DNA from: a phage
Sequence record: PZ496580.1
DNA: 64,000 nt
Strand: one strand, 5' to 3'
A model generated the notes under the pieces. The model did no database searches. It was not told the DNA's origin and saw only the letters and a list, made by a program, of their open reading frames with translations. Of this stretch, positions 24,902-34,160 are shown in pieces (the first letter of the stretch is position 1; each line of letters begins with the position of its first letter). The position numbers were made by a program, and so were the translations under genes.

Positions 24902-25471
24902 TTACGCCTTCTTACGTTCCAAAATTTGCTCACTGATCAGGTAATCATCAAGGAAGTAATTATGTTCTTCTTTTGTTGCAAAGTCAAAATATAATTCCTG
25001 AATCATTTCCTTAGAGATACCAACATCATATTCGAACGGATCGTTGATTCCTGAACGTTGAACATACGTTAACACAATACGGTCCGCAAAGTCAACCGCT
25101 TTTTCAATCAGGGAAGGTCCGCCGATAACACTTACCAAACCTTGCGTTTTCTCTAGGGCTTTTAACAGATCCTTCAATTCAATTCCAGTGTACACATCTG
25201 GTTGGTCGCCGTTTTTTGTTTTCGGTTCTGGCTTGCTGGTATCGGTACTAACAACCACATTCAAACGTCCCCAAAGTGCTTTAGGCAGACTTTCAAAGGT
25301 ATTACGTCCCATTACTACCGCAGCAAAATCAACCTCGCCAATAGTGCGAATTTTAAAGTTTTCCATATCCTTTTTGATTGGACGACCCCACGGTAAACCG
25401 CCTTTAAAACCAAACGCCCAATTTTCATCTGACATTTTAGTGTCACCAATCGCAAATACACATTGAATCAT
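24902..25471 (-). CDS. frd: dihydrofolate reductase
   Basis: 189 aa; MIQCVFAIG...GLPW...MGRNTFESLP matches DHFR fold motifs and T4 Frd start. Confidence 0.8.
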   Translation of the reverse strand: MIQCVFAIGDTKMSDENWAFGFKGGLPWGRPIKKDMENFKIRTIGEVDFAAVVMGRNTFESLPKALWGRLNVVVSTDTSKPEPKTKNGDQPDVYTGIELKDLLKALEKTQGLVSVIGGPSLIEKAVDFADRIVLTYVQRSGINDPFEYDVGISKEMIQELYFDFATKEEHNYFLDDYLISEQILERKKA

Positions 25472-25485
25472 AATATAATCTCCTA

Positions 25486-25815
25486 TTAAATCAGTTTAAA
25501 GAAGTTTTCGTTTACATTTTCTTCGGTGATTGCTGTCTTAAATTCTTGACCGTTATCCGGTGTGATGAAATAACGGTCAGAATAATCACGAAAACGTTTT
25601 AAGTGAGATACTCCAACATTAACACCATTTTCCCAGAAACGAAAGGTAATCATTTTTGGTTCATATCGATAGTCGCTGGTTAACACAGTACCATCACCGC
25701 GACGGGCTTCATAAACCGTAATACACTCACGATTAGCGGCTTTAAGGCATTCTTCAATAGTGCCGCACGAGATAATACTTACTGTTTCATCTACGATTTG
25801 TTCTACTGTCCACAT
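25486..25815 (-). CDS. hypothetical protein (109 aa)
   Basis: ORF track; frd-32 spacer as T4 frd.x genes. Confidence 0.45.
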   Translation of the reverse strand: MWTVEQIVDETVSIISCGTIEECLKAANRECITVYEARRGDGTVLTSDYRYEPKMITFRFWENGVNVGVSHLKRFRDYSDRYFITPDNGQEFKTAITEENVNENFFKLI

Positions 25816-25846
25816 AATATAATCCTCTCTTTGTTTCGATGTTTGT

Positions 25847-25874
25847 ATTATACATCATCTGTATTCGGTGTCAA
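25847..25874 (-). promoter_or_regulatory. sigma70-type early promoter cassette
   Basis: approx; TTGACA-16-TATAAT. Confidence 0.45.
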
Positions 25875-26200
25875 CCTTTTTGTTCCATGAAAAGCGGTGC
25901 TGTTTCTTCTTTCAGTTTGATAACTAGCGCGGAAACTTCATCAAGAAAATCTTTTTCCATATGAGCAAGCATTGATTTAGAATCTTTGATGACTTTCAAA
26001 GAATATTCACTTAGATTTCCTTTTCCTAACAATAATGCGGGATACACACTATGTGGGATCTCGATTTCGTGATATTCGCTCATAGTATAATATTTGTGAA
26101 TTTTTAAATCTATATTTCTTCGTTGTACGTCTACATCAGCAATGACATACAGAAGTTCGATTTTATCACTTTTCTGGGAAAGGGTAGCATTCAAAAACAT
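25871..26200 (-). CDS. hypothetical protein (109 aa)
   Basis: ORF track. Confidence 0.45.
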   Translation of the reverse strand: MFLNATLSQKSDKIELLYVIADVDVQRRNIDLKIHKYYTMSEYHEIEIPHSVYPALLLGKGNLSEYSLKVIKDSKSMLAHMEKDFLDEVSALVIKLKEETAPLFMEQKG

Positions 26201-26229
26201 TGTTAATCCTCCGTTGTTTCGATGCTTGT

Positions 26230-26258
26230 ATTATACAACCTCATCTCAGCATGTCAAT
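26230..26258 (-). promoter_or_regulatory. sigma70-type early promoter cassette
   Basis: approx; TTGACA-17-TATAAT. Confidence 0.45.
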
Positions 26259-26283
26259 ATCTTTTTCATAAAATTTTAGGCAA

Positions 26284-26308
26284 TAAAAAAGCCTCCCCGA
26301 AGGGAGGC
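26284..26308 (-). terminator. intrinsic terminator after gene 32
   Basis: approx; GCCTCCC-CGAA-GGGAGGC followed on minus strand by TTTTTTATTGCC. Confidence 0.6.
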
Positions 26309-26319
26309 TGTAAAATTCA

Positions 26320-27288
26320 TTACATCGCTAACAGAGAGTCCAGGTCATCCAGATCAGAAGCGGAGGAAGTACCGCCACCCAGATCCAGTGATGCCATCAG
26401 GTCATCAGCGGAAGAATCTGACGCCGTGCTAGCTGCGTTAATACCAACTACAGTGCTAGCTGCGGTAATACCAGAATCGAATGCATTTAAAGCAGCGTCA
26501 AAATCGTCAAGCTGGCTGTTAATCGCTGCCGCAGCACTGGAAGCCGCAGCACCAGCTACCATAGAAACACCCATAGTTTTCTTAAATTTGGTTTCCAGTT
26601 CGTCAAACGGTTTAAACTGGCTAGGCGCTACAATCTCGCCCAGATCAACCATGTTTTCCATCAGATATTTCTGATATGCTTCGTCTTCAATTTTCGGAAG
26701 CTGTGATTGCTGCATGAAACGAGAATCATCATAGTTCTGGTGTTTATCAACTTTCTTAGCTTTCAGGAGGAAGTTAGAACCGGAGAACACACAAGTTACA
26801 TCTACCGGAACTTCGCCCATGTCGGTATTCACGTTCACCATTGCAACGATCTTATCATAAATTTTCTGACCGAAGCGGAATTTGAATACCTTACCTTCAT
26901 TTTCTGGTGCTTGAGGATCTTTCAGTACCAGAATATTTGCGTAGTAAGACGCTTTACGCTTAATCAGTTGCCATTCGGTTTTATCGGTATTGTACAGGTC
27001 TTTTTCGTTAATATATTTGCACACAGGGCAAGAATCAAAATCACCGTGGGTGCTGGAGCAGTTTTCCCAATACCATTTACCATTAACTTTGAAGGAATGG
27101 TTTACCAGTTTCACAATCGGCAGACCGTCTTCTGTCTTAGACGGCAGGAAGCGAATCAGGGCTTCACCGTTACCCGCTGCATCAGTCTTAATCTTCCACT
27201 CTTTCGGATCTTCTTTGGAGAAACCGTTGCCACCTTTCAGTGCGGCCAGTTGAGCTTGCAGTTTGGAAGAATCTTGGCGTTTAAACAT
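26320..27288 (-). CDS. 32: single-stranded DNA-binding protein
   Basis: track ORF trimmed to MFKRQ; collinear with T4 gp32 incl. zinc site [14 protein letters not shown] and acidic Ser/Asp-rich C-terminus. Confidence 0.9.
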   Translation of the reverse strand: MFKRQDSSKLQAQLAALKGGNGFSKEDPKEWKIKTDAAGNGEALIRFLPSKTEDGLPIVKLVNHSFKVNGKWYWENCSSTHGDFDSCPVCKYINEKDLYNTDKTEWQLIKRKASYYANILVLKDPQAPENEGKVFKFRFGQKIYDKIVAMVNVNTDMGEVPVDVTCVFSGSNFLLKAKKVDKHQNYDDSRFMQQSQLPKIEDEAYQKYLMENMVDLGEIVAPSQFKPFDELETKFKKTMGVSMVAGAAASSAAAAINSQLDDFDAALNAFDSGITAASTVVGINAASTASDSSADDLMASLDLGGGTSSASDLDDLDSLLAM

Positions 27289-27348
27289 ATTCACTATTCC
27301 TTCTTTTGATTAATTTACTAGACTATTATACAGATTTAAATTTACTTG

Positions 27349-28029
27349 TCAACTATTTGTTTCGGCTTTTAATTGAGATATTTCTTTACACTCTTTAACT
27401 ACTTTAACAAATAATGCTCTTGCTTTTGCGGCGTCAATAACAAGTAGTTTCTTGTACGCCTTCATTTTAACACTATAAGTTTGCCAAATCAAGTCTTTGG
27501 CTACCTTGTCGTGTTCGTCGATTATATTTAGAAAGCTATCTAACAACATAAACGACTCAAACGATATAATCCGATTTTGCAGTAGTTTAAAGATACCGCT
27601 AGTTTCGGTTGCGGGATTGTATGTAATTAGCTCTTTAAGAGTAACCCCGCGTTTCTCGGAGAAGTATACCAGACTTTTAATGTCATCGTCAAATCTTGTT
27701 GCTGCATCGGTTATCTTTCCTATGTATTCCATATAAAAGCCGTATGCGTCAACATCAGTGATTTCACCTACCCATGCATCGGTATTAGCTACCAGATTGC
27801 TTAGGAATAGGAAGTATAATTCTCTTAGATTGTACTTTTCCGCTAATTTCGCGAAATAATACTTATCTCTGCGTTTATTGAATGCGGCATCAGACAACCG
27901 CATCCTCCAATTGTATTTTACGCAATCATAACGCCCGTTCATATGAGCTTTCATCATGCAATATAACATATACACAGATTTAGCATTAATTCGCATATCT
28001 GGATCTGGAGGAAGACGGTTTCTGATCAT
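27349..28029 (-). CDS. 59: helicase loader
   Basis: 226 aa; KSVY.LY.M.K.HMNG.YD..KYNW.MR.SDAA..KRRDKY.F.KL matches T4 gp59. Confidence 0.85.
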   Translation of the reverse strand: MIRNRLPPDPDMRINAKSVYMLYCMMKAHMNGRYDCVKYNWRMRLSDAAFNKRRDKYYFAKLAEKYNLRELYFLFLSNLVANTDAWVGEITDVDAYGFYMEYIGKITDAATRFDDDIKSLVYFSEKRGVTLKELITYNPATETSGIFKLLQNRIISFESFMLLDSFLNIIDEHDKVAKDLIWQTYSVKMKAYKKLLVIDAAKARALFVKVVKECKEISQLKAETNS

Positions 28030-28038
28030 ACATACCCC

Positions 28039-28308
28039 TTAAATATCGAGAGTGTTGGTCGGTTCGTCGATCACTCCCTTCCTGAGCGTTCTATTTACTA
28101 TACATTCTTGTGTGATCTTGTCAATAATGGACACCGGAATATACTTCTGATAGTGACCATATTCGATAGAGTTTTCCTCTACAAACTGCGTTGTCGCTTC
28201 AAGATAAGTCAATCCCTCTTCAACAACCAGTTTTTCGATTGCAAGACCGTTTGCTGTTTTGTTCGCGGCTTTTACCGCATGTTCATTAAGCATTGAACAC
28301 CCGATCAT
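28039..28308 (-). CDS. 33: late-transcription accessory protein
   Basis: 89 aa; YLEATTQFVEENSI matches T4 gp33 core; true start may be the internal MLNEH. Confidence 0.65.
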   Translation of the reverse strand: MIGCSMLNEHAVKAANKTANGLAIEKLVVEEGLTYLEATTQFVEENSIEYGHYQKYIPVSIIDKITQECIVNRTLRKGVIDEPTNTLDI

Positions 28309-28561
28309 AGAGTTCTACTGCCTCGTCGCGTTCTGCTTCGAAAGTTTCGCGCTGTTGTTGGTGATACAGTTTAAACAGAATGCCCCACATTTTACCGTCT
28401 ACGCCTAATTCTTCTTTAGCACGCTGCTTGATCTCTTTGATCTTATCGCCATATGCTTCTTGAATGGTTTTCTGATCGCTGGCTTCTTTAATCAGTTGTG
28501 CCAGGGTATTTCCGTGCACTGCTTCGTCAAATACTACTTTTTCTTTTTTCTGTTCAGTCAT
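28286..28561 (-). CDS. hypothetical protein at dsbA position
   Basis: 91 aa charged protein between 33 and rnh side; assignment by position only. Confidence 0.35.
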   Translation of the reverse strand: MTEQKKEKVVFDEAVHGNTLAQLIKEASDQKTIQEAYGDKIKEIKQRAKEELGVDGKMWGILFKLYHQQQRETFEAERDEAVELYDRVFNA

Positions 28562-28565
28562 AATA

Positions 28566-29165
28566 TTAACCCTCTTTAGTCATTAATTGAAAACCACGTT
28601 CAGCTTTTGAGATTTCGCTAGGACTTAAATCGTCACCCACATATTCTAGCATCATTTCTCGGATAATGTCAAGTGCTTTTTCATCACCTGATTTTAACTC
28701 GAACTCAAGTTCATAGTGAGCAACATCACCAATTGATTCACCAAATTTGCCATAGTAGAACGTGTCTTTGCACATTTCAACTATACCACATCCCATATCT
28801 AGAGTCAATGCCTTGCGATATGTCAATACTTGCAATCGAGGAATGACATGGTCTGAGTTTACGCCTAGACTATCAACATAATGATCAAAATCATCCCATT
28901 TTGAAAATGTCATCTCCTCTCGGTTGAATAGCCCAGATTCAGCACTTCCTACTTTGACCATGACCAATGATCTGTTAAAGTCAAGTCGTGCATAAATTCC
29001 TTTTTGACGTAACGCATGATCTTCGGTATCATAATAAAATTCGTGTTTTAATATGTTATCTCGGTCTACGAGATTGTACCCGTCATACATTGCTACCCAC
29101 AAATCACAGATGGTTTCGACGCCAATTTGTGAGTGTGCATAGTATTTTAATTCAAGTTCTTTCAT
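28566..29165 (-). CDS. CYTH-domain (triphosphate tunnel metalloenzyme) protein
   Basis: 199 aa; N-terminal ELELKY (ExExK), FYYDTEDHALRQKG.YARL and C-terminal YELEFELK acidic strand motifs typical of CYTH. Confidence 0.5.
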   Translation of the reverse strand: MKELELKYYAHSQIGVETICDLWVAMYDGYNLVDRDNILKHEFYYDTEDHALRQKGIYARLDFNRSLVMVKVGSAESGLFNREEMTFSKWDDFDHYVDSLGVNSDHVIPRLQVLTYRKALTLDMGCGIVEMCKDTFYYGKFGESIGDVAHYELEFELKSGDEKALDIIREMMLEYVGDDLSPSEISKAERGFQLMTKEG

Positions 29166-29175
29166 ATGTCAACCC

Positions 29176-30123
29176 TTAGAACTCACCAATTTTCTGCAAC
29201 ATTTTAACTAACGCATTTGTTACAAAATAGTTATAAATTTTACCGCGTGGTGCTGGTTTAGATTTTTCCCATGCTAACAAAATTTCATATTCGATGTTAT
29301 CGGGAATAAATTCAAAATCAATAAGTTCGCGGTTTTCGTCAAAACGTCGTGCTTCTTCCTCTGTCATCAAAGACTTTGGATCTTCGGCATCGAAAATTTG
29401 CTCTAACCATTTGGTTGCAATTGGTTTAGCTCGTTCCCCTTCCAGTCGTGAGATAATGAAATCACTACGGCACTTGATAGAAGCTACACCGTCTTTTGCG
29501 TCACCCTTAACACATTTTACCATAAGGTCTTTGTAAGGGCTACCATATTTGCATTTCTTCCATGCTTTCTGTACTGGCGCCCACTGTTTCACGTTTTTGT
29601 ATTTGTGCAACTGTGTGTAGTCACCATCGCCGGAGTTGATCAGCACCTGACGACCTTCTACAGAAAACTTTTTAGTTAGCACAGCGATTATATCATCCGC
29701 TTCAACTTTGTCAACCTTAATAACGTGATAAGGCATGTTCTCTTTAAACTCTTCGGTGATCTTATTGATCGCAGCAAAGATCATCTCCCAATCACGCGGA
29801 TCTGCGTCTCGTTTTTCCTTACGGTTGCGTTTATAGTAAGGTGCGATATCACGTCGCCAGTAACCTTTGCTTGAATCAAAAGCAAGTACAGTAATCGGGT
29901 ATTGCTCTTTGAATTTTGTCATATTATAACGCATGGTGTCAAGAATAAGATGACGGATCATGCCTTCACTAATAGGATCTTCCGGTTTAAAGGTATGAGA
30001 GATAGTAGCAATCATAAGTTGAGACATATCAATCAAATGCACACCTTCCGGTAGTTTATCTTCTGGATCATCAAAAAAATCATTAAGTGTAGCGGTAGTT
30101 TTTGTAAACGGGTTATACGTCAT
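29176..30123 (-). CDS. rnh: RNase H / 5'-3' flap exonuclease
   Basis: 315 aa; FEN-family acidic clusters (VLAFDS, EADDIIAVL, SGDGDYTQL); position before tail-fibre genes as in T4. Confidence 0.8.
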   Translation of the reverse strand: MTYNPFTKTTATLNDFFDDPEDKLPEGVHLIDMSQLMIATISHTFKPEDPISEGMIRHLILDTMRYNMTKFKEQYPITVLAFDSSKGYWRRDIAPYYKRNRKEKRDADPRDWEMIFAAINKITEEFKENMPYHVIKVDKVEADDIIAVLTKKFSVEGRQVLINSGDGDYTQLHKYKNVKQWAPVQKAWKKCKYGSPYKDLMVKCVKGDAKDGVASIKCRSDFIISRLEGERAKPIATKWLEQIFDAEDPKSLMTEEEARRFDENRELIDFEFIPDNIEYEILLAWEKSKPAPRGKIYNYFVTNALVKMLQKIGEF

Positions 30124-30125
30124 AA

Positions 30126-30311
30126 TTAAGTTCTCTCCACTCTCACAACAACATATTCGCCAAACGAGTTAGATACTTCACGATCATACCCGTATTTCTC
30201 CATAACTCGCAGAATTGCATTGTTTAATTCGGCACGGAAATAATTGTAATCCTTATCTGGGATTCTGTCAACTATCCATTTTGCACCGTCTGACAAATCA
30301 ACTTTAACCAT
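30126..30311 (-). CDS. hypothetical protein (61 aa)
   Basis: ORF track. Confidence 0.35.
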   Translation of the reverse strand: MVKVDLSDGAKWIVDRIPDKDYNYFRAELNNAILRVMEKYGYDREVSNSFGEYVVVRVERT

Positions 30312-30350
30312 AATATATCATCCTCTTTTGTTTCTATCAAGCCTTATTTT

Positions 30351-30358
30351 ATAAATAT
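30351..30358 (+). promoter_or_regulatory. T4-type late promoter
   Basis: exact TATAAATA about 28 nt upstream of gp34 ATG. Confidence 0.7.
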
Positions 30359-30385
30359 GAACATACTATAAAAGGAGACCCAATA

Positions 30386-33300
30386 ATGGCAGATTTTTCT
30401 CAACATTTCAAGGCCACATTTGGCTTTGACGCTGGTAATGAAAAGGTCGTCAATGTAGCATTGGCTGATAAGAATGTCAACACCGATGCGGTCAACGTTG
30501 AATTTTTCAATTACCATAATGGTATTACTCAGTATGACACAACTCGCGGTTATGATCAATACGGAACTACAATCTATCAAAACCGCCCGTATTATGCAAA
30601 AGAAGATATCACAAAGCCAGCAGGTGATTTTGACCCGACTAAATGGCAAGCACTGCGCACGGACCCACGTTGGGATTATATTGCAGCAACTTCCGGTGAT
30701 ACTCCTTTAAAGTCTGGTGATTATATCGCAGCAGATGGTCAATTTGCAAACTTGACTTTCTCTATGCCAAATAAACCAGCAGAGGGAGACACTATAACAG
30801 TAAAAGATATCGGTGGCAAGTGTGGTGTTAACGAATTATCGTTCTTGAGTTCAGGACATGAGTTTTACCATAACGGTAATGTGTATAACCGCAAATGGTA
30901 TTGCACTACCCCGTATGCAATGAACTATTTCATCTTTGTTCGTAATCGTTGGCATGTTTATCAGACGGGAACAGAGCCACGCGGTGTGTACGCACAACCA
31001 GCGATTGATGCTATTCAAATGCAGAATGGTGATCAGGTATTTCGTCGTAGTTCGTTGGGTAATATTACCTTAGTGCTTCCTAAGTTTGCCAACAATGGCG
31101 ACATGATCCAAACTACAGATCTTGACGGGTTAACCGCAACCAACCACGTTACGGTTAAAGTTCATGAGCACGCAGAAGAACAATCAATTGGCACGTTCGG
31201 TCTAAAAGAGATTATCGGTAAGCGTAGCGGTCATGGTGTATTCATCTTTGACAAGCCGGAAAACTTATGGCGTGTGTGGGATGGTGATCAGTCTGTTCGT
31301 CTTAAACCGATCATCGATGACACTCGCTTGCAACCTAATAGCTATGTTGCTGTATTTGGTGATCATGATGTTACTCTGACGCTGCCGACCAATGTCGAGC
31401 CGGGTGATCGTATTCAAGTTTCTATGCAGTATATGCACGGAAACCAGAATTGCCGTATTATCACCGCCGCAGAGGATACAAAAATCCTTATGCAGAAAAA
31501 TATGGTTCAGTTTCCTAAGCGTAGCGAGTACCCATTCAACGGGACCGAGACATGGAAGGAAGTGTCTGAATTGTCGTTCAATGCGGCTAGTGATTATGTA
31601 CCTTATCTGGAGTTCTCTTATTCAGAAGGTGATGATGGTAAGAAACATTGGCTGGTAGCACACTCTCATCCGATCGTCGAACGAGTAGACCCTACTCGTA
31701 AAGAGCGTGTTGGTGTAATTGCACTGGCTACCCAGACTGAAACGAATAAAAACCATGAAGAGAATCCTAGCGACGAAGTTGCAGTAACACCAAAAATGCT
31801 GGCTAATAAAACCGCCAACGAAACTCGACGCGGTATTGCTCGTATTGCTACTCAGGCGGAAACGCATCAAGATACTGGTTCCAGCTTCCTGGATGATGTT
31901 ATCGTTACACCTAAAAAGTTAAATGACTGTGTTGCTACCGAAGCCCGTCGTGGTGTGATGGAAATTGCAACCCAGCACGAAACCAATGAAGGTTTAGATG
32001 ATACCCGCGCTATTACTCCTAAGAAATTAGAAGAACGTCGAGCGTCCGAGGATCTTGCTGGTATTGCTGAAATTGTTCAGGTTGGCGGTCGTGCTGCCGC
32101 TCGACGTGGCGAAGCTGGTACAGGGATCTATAACATCAACGACCATGCTAAAATTGTTACGCCACAAAACATCAACGAAGTTAAGGCGACAGAAACTTCC
32201 CGTGGTGTTGGCTATCTGGCAACTGACGCGGAAGTGCAAGGGGCTACAGAATCAACCCCGCAAGATGCTTTACTAATCACGACTCGCACGCTAACGAAAC
32301 GTACTGCTACCGAATCGCGTACTGGTATCGCTGAAATTGCAACTCAGGAAGAAACAAACTTAGGTCAAAGTGATAACCATATCATCACGCCTAAAAAGCT
32401 GCATACTCGCCGCGCAACGGAAACTTTACACGGTTTAGCAGAAATTGCAACTCAGCCGGAATTTGACGCAGGTCGTGACGATGCTCGCATTTCTACCCCA
32501 TTGAAGATTAAAACCTTCTTTGAGAATGCACAGCGCTTGAAAGTAGATCCGACTCAGGGGCTTAACCTTACTGGTGATTTGTGGCAAGGTATCATGATCA
32601 GCGGTCTGGATGCAACCGAAGACACAAAAGGTGTCGCTAAAGTTGCTACTACTCAGCTTACGGATGCTGGTCAAGATGATACTACAATCATTACTCCTAA
32701 AAAGCTGCAAGGCAAAAAGGCAACCGAAGGTAAAGAAGGTATTATCCGAGTTGGTACTCAAGCCGAAACCGTGGCTGGTACACTGGCTAATGTAGCAATT
32801 TCTCCGAAGAACTTCAAATATGTTGTTCAGACAGAGGATACATGGAAAGCAACCGAAGCGCGTCGTGGTTTCTTGAAAGTTGCTACTCAGGAAAACTGTT
32901 TTGTTGGTGACAATCTGCAAGGTTCTACTCAAGAACTAGTAAACTACCCGCATGACGGAATTGCTGTTACCCCGAAAGGATTAAACTATGCACTTGCTAA
33001 TTTCTTACCTAAGATGGCAACCGCTCAGAATAGTTTGAAATTGGGTAACGTAGAGGCCGCTAAATGGGCGCGTAGAGACATTGACCAGACCATTGAGAGC
33101 AATTACACGTTTAATAAAAACGTTAACGTGAAGGGCGATTTAGAGTGCTTAAAATCAGGTTCCTTTGAAACTCTGTATGTGACTAAGAACTCTACTGATG
33201 ATCCGAGTAATGGTCATCTGGTGTTGGGTGAGCGTGGAGTTGACGGTCACACCGGAATTACTCTGCATGGCACAACAGAATCGGAAGGTATGGAAAACTC

Positions 33301-34126
33301 ATGGTCTATTATCGTTGGTGGTACTGGTACGGCGCAAGTAGTTGATGGTGATGCGATCGCTTTCGGTAAAATTAATGATGGTGGATTCGTCGAGCATTAC
33401 GCCTTTGCTATGGAACACAATGGCGACGCGGCAGCATATCGAGACTTTATTGCAGGTCGTAACCTGTATGCGAAACAAGGCGGTTTATACATTGTTGACC
33501 AGTCTAATCCGGCAATGACTCGTTCCCCGGATGGTATGCTGAATATCGGTCACGGTGGAAGTGTTAACATCAAGGCAGGTTATCAAACGTTAACTACAGA
33601 GATCGCCGGACAGAAATATCAGATCGTACACGCAGGAAACGCTGACGAAGTTCTTAACCGTCAGTTTGTTAAGAATGCTGGCGATACAATGGTCGGTAAG
33701 CTGATTATGGATAATGCGCCTATTGTTTCTGTTAAGCATGAAGCTAGCGCAGCAACCGCTCCGGCAATCGGTAACATCGGTTTCTGGAATATGCGCGTTA
33801 CTACCCAGAACATCAAAGAAACTTATCCAGAGAAGAAAAACGGTACTCTGATGCAATGGGGTACTGACGAGGACGGGCTTACCCAGCTTTGGTCCCCTGA
33901 TGGTACTCATAAACATTATATCCGTTCCGGTACTGGTGGTCAATGGACCGCATGGGGTGAAATTTACACCAAACAGAATAAGCCTACCGCTCAGGAAATC
34001 GGGGCAGTAGTTGCAGAAGGTGGTTTAATGAACTCTATGACGGTTCGTGATTGGATCAAAGTTGGTAATGTTAAAATCATCGCCAATAATCTGACTCGTA
34101 CCGTAGACTTTATCTGGGAAGACTAA
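30386..34126 (+). CDS. 34: long tail fibre proximal subunit
   Basis: 1246 aa; strong collinearity with T4 gp34 incl. repeated ATE.RRG.A.IATQ.E...ITPKKL units and C-terminal NVKIIAN...DFIWED. Confidence 0.9.
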   Translation: MADFSQHFKATFGFDAGNEKVVNVALADKNVNTDAVNVEFFNYHNGITQYDTTRGYDQYGTTIYQNRPYYAKEDITKPAGDFDPTKWQALRTDPRWDYIAATSGDTPLKSGDYIAADGQFANLTFSMPNKPAEGDTITVKDIGGKCGVNELSFLSSGHEFYHNGNVYNRKWYCTTPYAMNYFIFVRNRWHVYQTGTEPRGVYAQPAIDAIQMQNGDQVFRRSSLGNITLVLPKFANNGDMIQTTDLDGLTATNHVTVKVHEHAEEQSIGTFGLKEIIGKRSGHGVFIFDKPENLWRVWDGDQSVRLKPIIDDTRLQPNSYVAVFGDHDVTLTLPTNVEPGDRIQVSMQYMHGNQNCRIITAAEDTKILMQKNMVQFPKRSEYPFNGTETWKEVSELSFNAASDYVPYLEFSYSEGDDGKKHWLVAHSHPIVERVDPTRKERVGVIALATQTETNKNHEENPSDEVAVTPKMLANKTANETRRGIARIATQAETHQDTGSSFLDDVIVTPKKLNDCVATEARRGVMEIATQHETNEGLDDTRAITPKKLEERRASEDLAGIAEIVQVGGRAAARRGEAGTGIYNINDHAKIVTPQNINEVKATETSRGVGYLATDAEVQGATESTPQDALLITTRTLTKRTATESRTGIAEIATQEETNLGQSDNHIITPKKLHTRRATETLHGLAEIATQPEFDAGRDDARISTPLKIKTFFENAQRLKVDPTQGLNLTGDLWQGIMISGLDATEDTKGVAKVATTQLTDAGQDDTTIITPKKLQGKKATEGKEGIIRVGTQAETVAGTLANVAISPKNFKYVVQTEDTWKATEARRGFLKVATQENCFVGDNLQGSTQELVNYPHDGIAVTPKGLNYALANFLPKMATAQNSLKLGNVEAAKWARRDIDQTIESNYTFNKNVNVKGDLECLKSGSFETLYVTKNSTDDPSNGHLVLGERGVDGHTGITLHGTTESEGMENSWSIIVGGTGTAQVVDGDAIAFGKINDGGFVEHYAFAMEHNGDAAAYRDFIAGRNLYAKQGGLYIVDQSNPAMTRSPDGMLNIGHGGSVNIKAGYQTLTTEIAGQKYQIVHAGNADEVLNRQFVKNAGDTMVGKLIMDNAPIVSVKHEASAATAPAIGNIGFWNMRVTTQNIKETYPEKKNGTLMQWGTDEDGLTQLWSPDGTHKHYIRSGTGGQWTAWGEIYTKQNKPTAQEIGAVVAEGGLMNSMTVRDWIKVGNVKIIANNLTRTVDFIWED

Positions 34127-34129
34127 TTA

Positions 34130-34150
34130 AAGGGGGGCGAAAGCCCCCTA
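34130..34150 (+). other. GC-rich hairpin between genes 34 and 35
   Basis: approx; GGGGGGC-GAAA-GCCCCCC, no T-tract; possible attenuator or processing site. Confidence 0.3.
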
Positions 34151-34160
34151 TGGGGTTATT

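Noticed and set aside
30344-30649. Minus-strand and alternate-frame ORFs inside tail-fibre genes 34-37 (e.g. 30344..30649, 32435..32932, 37817..38275, 38900..39208)
   Set aside because: Overlap long plus-strand genes with clear T4 gp34/gp36/gp37 homology; no independent signals
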